DNA of 54,120 nucleotides, filler included, from Sphacelaria rigidula (taxonomy: Eukaryota): the NCBI GenBank assembly GCA_964200075.2. It is 3 parts of 3 records of this genome, joined end to end, with 100 filler letters (N's around TTAATTAATTAA, not from the genome) between each part and the next. Parts side by side here need not be neighbours in the genome. Positions count along the whole stretch, not along the records: positions 36,151 to 54,120 come from CAXNAA020000951.1; 2 more parts are not named here. One strand, 5' to 3'. The notes beneath the pieces were generated by a model. The model did no database searches. It had not been told where the DNA came from and worked only from the letters and a program-made list of their open reading frames with translations. Shown here one piece after another: positions 51,201-54,120 of the stretch; the first letter of the stretch is position 1; every line of letters starts with the position of its first letter. A program made the position numbers and the translations under genes.

Positions 51201-53459
51201 CTTGAGGTCGTTGCCGAGAAAGTTGTAGGTGCCAAACACGATGGTGGCGAGCAACGCCGGTTGCACGAAAAACAGGGCCTCGTTGATTGCGCGCAGCAAC
51301 GCTGCCTTCAGCAGCACTCGGATCTCCTCCGCTCGAACTCTGTTGAACCGAGAAAGACACAAAACGGAGCGAAACCGAAGTATGAAAGGGGATGCGCAAA
51401 AGACACGCACTGAACGCATTAGCCTAGTCCCTCCAGCCCGCAACCCACTGGACATATTTGTTCGTATATAGTTCAATGCAGCGTGCAGGTAGTGCTCTAC
51501 GGTTCAGCTCCTGTAGGTCGTTCCCTGCAGCACGTGATGGTACTTTCCAATCCATGAAATGAAGTCATGGCACATTGCCTGCGAATTTCCCTCTCCAGGG
51601 CGGGCTCCCAAGCGTTCATCTTCATCACGCGCGCCCCCGTTACGGCCTGGTTCGTCAGCTTTACTCGCTCGTCGGTGAGGACCGTTACACGTTGACGGAC
51701 ACTGGTGAACTTTCGCGAGAACGCCGCCTGTTTTCATGCGTAATAAAACCGAGTACTCTTGAATGATAAAACGGCGAGTTCGCATTGGCGGCACCGTGCT
51801 CGGGTGCCGTTCCACAAACATGTACACTAAGGGGTGTTGGCGTTGCTGCAAGAGATTCTGGATTCTGAGGCCGATGCGAGTTCTGTTCGTCTTCACGGGT
51901 ATTCGCTCTGGAGGAAGACTTGAAAAGTGCGATCCATTCCTACTTCTAATGGCTCCAAACGTCCTCAGACTGAATACCAACGAGAAAAAAGCACAGGTTC
52001 CTCTCCCGCCTTAGCTTCTTCGATAGCTGCAGCTATGCGGCCATATACTAGGGGAAGCAAGTGCGAAGTACGCCACTCACACGGATACGAGAACGGCCTG
52101 AGGGCATCCTGAGGGGATGCAAGACCAACGGCGACGTCGCATTGCTAGTATGGCAGGCTGCCTTAAGGCACGCTGTTACAAGGCACCCACCTGCATGGGC
52201 ACAAGAAAGGCAAGGGCAGCATACCCGGCGACAAAGGAGACTCCCACGATGGAGACACCGAAGTACAGGACAACCAAAGTTTCGAGCGGCGCCTCCCACA
52301 GGAAGTGGAAAAACGTTGCACCGAGCTGAAACCGCTCCACGTCCGAACTGGCGAGGTTCACCAGGTGTCCCGTCGTCATCTGTTGGATTTCCCGGGGGTC
52401 ATTGAAGGTACGCTCGAGAGTCGCTCCCGGATCTTCTGCTCTTGCAACGAGTTGTTTCGGTTGTGTGAGTGTCCAATGTCTCGATACTGGATGGTAGGTG
52501 GCACCAGATCATATAATAGATCGGACTACCTCCCATCAAACATCGGTAGGTGCGTAGCTGTAACGCACGACATATCAATGCAGCACACGAGTTCACCTGC
52601 CCGAGAGAGCTGAGTCGTAGCCGCAATATCTTGTCGTAGATAACCATCGTTGCCATGACCCTCACTTCCATTCCCAATGTGTACCCCTGGAAAAAGTACA
52701 TGTGGTGGAGCAAACTGCCAACCGTGTGACGGGATATTTGGGATGGCATTTCGTTCGGCCGCCGTTCCGCCCCGTTGTACAAGCCAGTTTGCGCCGGACG
52801 CAGTAGCGAGGAGGGAGGGAGAGGAGGTATGCATTCGTGGCGAATTATAGGGTGCGGTGTTTTTCCAGACAGAACACATTGGTATGAGATCGACATCAGA
52901 GAGATGCTACAGTAGGGGTGGACGGATATTTTCTGACGTTAGAACTGTTGCAAGCCCTTTTTTTGATCGAAAACACGGCGTATGAAATACGTGAGAGTAC
53001 GCCAGGATTACTCTTCCGATGCACTAGGGATATCCCGAATGAATTTCCAAACGGGGATGCCCTGATCCATATTCTTGTGCACCTAGAATCGTTAGGAGCC
53101 CCTGAACCAGACACGATTTCGTGCAAGGAGTACACCGATACCGTAGCATTGCTTATTACTCTTTTCATGTTACCAAGTTTCGTTGCGACATTCACGTCAT
53201 ATCACGTCTTCGGTGGCTCGTGTACGAATCAACGCGCACGGTGACACAATTTCGGGGCATTTTTTTTAACATAATCCTTGTACAGAATGAAACGCTTAAC
53301 GAAAACGTACAGTACCGTCAAGGCAAAAATCTGCTGGACATATGTAACGCACTTGAAAGTCACGGTGCAGACCACAACACAAAGCGCGTACACCCAACCC
53401 TCCCAGCTCTCCGCATTCTTGTCCTCGAAGTAGCTCACCAGCCATCCCAGAGTGATCGC
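37705..53459 (-). CDS. ABCC: ABC transporter subfamily C (MRP/ABCC4-like), partial: TMD1-NBD1-TMD2; N-terminus and NBD2 not found in this scaffold
   Basis: 18 exons: 53353-53459, 52597-52714, 52191-52379, 51579-51727, 51192-51339, 50712-50840, 49907-50531, 49033-49330, 47455-47725, 47127-47200, 45711-45856, 44874-45040, 44396-44494, 43820-43981, 42520-42743, 41488-41557, 38197-38287, 37705-37875. Motifs: [23 protein letters not shown], Walker [31 protein letters not shown], signature LSGGQKAR, Walker [52 protein letters not shown]. Confidence 0.95.
38337..38591. mobile_element. MITE-like element with ~30-bp TIRs
   Basis: TCGGACAGCTCATGAGCTACAGTACCTG is mirrored by CAGGTATAATAGCTCATGACCTGTCCGA. 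AAATGTAGCAAA is directly repeated just outside both ends (38323-38334, 38598-38609). Confidence 0.6.
41120..41350 (+). mobile_element. Possible second tRNA-derived SINE (tRNA T-arm-like head); boundaries approximate
   Basis: AAGGT-CTCGGG-TTCAAAT-CCCGAG at 41163-41186 is a perfect T-stem/B-box; no complete cloverleaf; single copy in the window. Confidence 0.4.
43366..43684 (-). mobile_element. tRNA-derived SINE-like element, copy 2 (in an ABCC intron)
   Basis: GCCCCGGTGGCTCAGCTGG (A box) ... GGGTTCGAATC (B box). Body blocks shared with copy 1: GGTACACAAAA.TGACT, GGTCGACGAGGG, GACTGCT.AACCC.T.TCGCGAT.AAAAATAAAGGC, GGCTGGTGCG.CCACATATACC.AAAGG. Confidence 0.8.
45064..45310 (+). repeat. Two poly-G-headed ~70-bp diverged repeats around a 10-N gap, including a G46 run (45202-45247)
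   Basis: (G)nTACGTGA.TGGT.T.GGCG.GC..TTGAAATCGGTA.GG.TGG.GGTTGCA occurs twice. Confidence 0.7.
52899..53154 (+). mobile_element. ~255-bp MITE (TIR ATGCTAC(A/G)GT), copy 2
   Basis: Shares GTGAG.GTACGCCAGGATTAC, GAATGAATTT.CAAACGGGG.ATGCCCTGA.CCATATTCT and CCCTGAACCAG.CA.GATTTCG with copy 1. Confidence 0.75.
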
Positions 53460-54056
53460 CTGGTTGCCCAGTACCAGCAAGACAGAACGCCAAGAGGAAA
53501 AATATGAGTGTGTGACGGGCATCTACCGTCTCCGTCAGATAGGGCGTCTATCGCGCATGTCACGTATGCTCTGCATTTTCTGCACCTACAAAAGCACATG
53601 GTGTGTCGCTGGGATGTGTCGGCAGTTGCATTTCTCCTCGGTCGGATCGAGCGCGTACCCGTCGATCACAATAAAGAGCGGGGCTTAAAAGCAGGATCGC
53701 CGCCGCCCTGGGCGCTCCCCTTGGGTTATTCTTCGGAGTCACGGTTCGCATCTTTGCAAAAATCCGAAACGTACCTACTCTTGGAAAATAACGTAATCGT
53801 GCCGTACATAAATGTGATCTAGGCTAAACTAACCATGCGAAACTATCCTGTGGTCAGCCGTCCCAGCGTACTTCCGTGTTTTGTAGTGTCGGTTGGTGTT
53901 CTACGCTGCTTGGGATACGCAGGCTATGATGAGACCGCCGTGAACTTGCGACGAGGGCAACTAAGACCCAAAGCGACATCCAAAATTGCTCTCGGATGGA
54001 AAAACGGGAAACAAACACGGCACCCTACAGCCCACGTGCTGCGCTCACCACATGTT

Positions 54057-54120
54057 GTACTCATGATCATGCATGCCATAGTCATCAGACCATCGACCTC
54101 GCATCCCTACAAAGCCGGGA
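54057..54120 (+). repeat. Terminus of the same element at the scaffold end
   Basis: GTACTCATGATCATGCATGCCATAGTCATCAGACCATCGACCTCGCATCCCTACAAAGCCGGGA. Confidence 0.85.

Noticed and set aside
18774..53459. ABCC-ARM gene fusion or a functional three-gene cluster (all on the minus strand)
   Set aside because: The genes lie on separate scaffolds joined by artificial linkers.
36151..54120. An 18-kb giant transposon or linear element with inverted termini carrying an ABC transporter
   Set aside because: The inverted end sequences are independent copies of a high-copy repeat pointing outward, located in introns of a gene that continues past both ends.

Overview
Eukaryotic, intron-rich genomic DNA, most likely from a brown alga (Phaeophyceae). 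The taxon is inferred from the long repeat-laden introns, CA-rich acceptor contexts and stramenopile-style proteins; it was not verified. The window is not one locus. Two artificial 100-nt linkers (N44-TTAATTAATTAA-N44 at 17980-18079 and 36051-36150) join three scaffolds of 17,979, 17,971 and 17,970 bp. Each scaffold carries one spliced minus-strand gene, which I reconstructed by hand with phase-consistent splice sites. (1) A Pro/Thr-rich mucin-like, probably secreted protein with a Cys-rich module; its 3' end runs off the window. (2) A protein of at least ~1,520 aa with a coiled coil, armadillo repeats and a C-terminal C4 zinc ribbon (19 exons). (3) An ABCC/MRP4-like ABC transporter (18 exons, TMD1-NBD1-TMD2, both ends missing). 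Non-coding DNA is packed with small non-autonomous elements: a stacked array of ~98-bp TTAA-flanked piggyBac-type MITEs, several other TIR-bearing MITE families, tRNA-derived SINEs, a ~410-nt intronic foldback, and a high-copy GGGGGTGTACTCATGA element at which the assembly repeatedly breaks. I see no CRISPR, rRNA, intact tRNA, viral gene or intact transposase. No single 'new system' is proven. The best leads are the modular mucin gene (duplicated exon-donor unit, repeat-embedded in-frame acceptors), the self-stacking MITE array and the intronic long hairpin.
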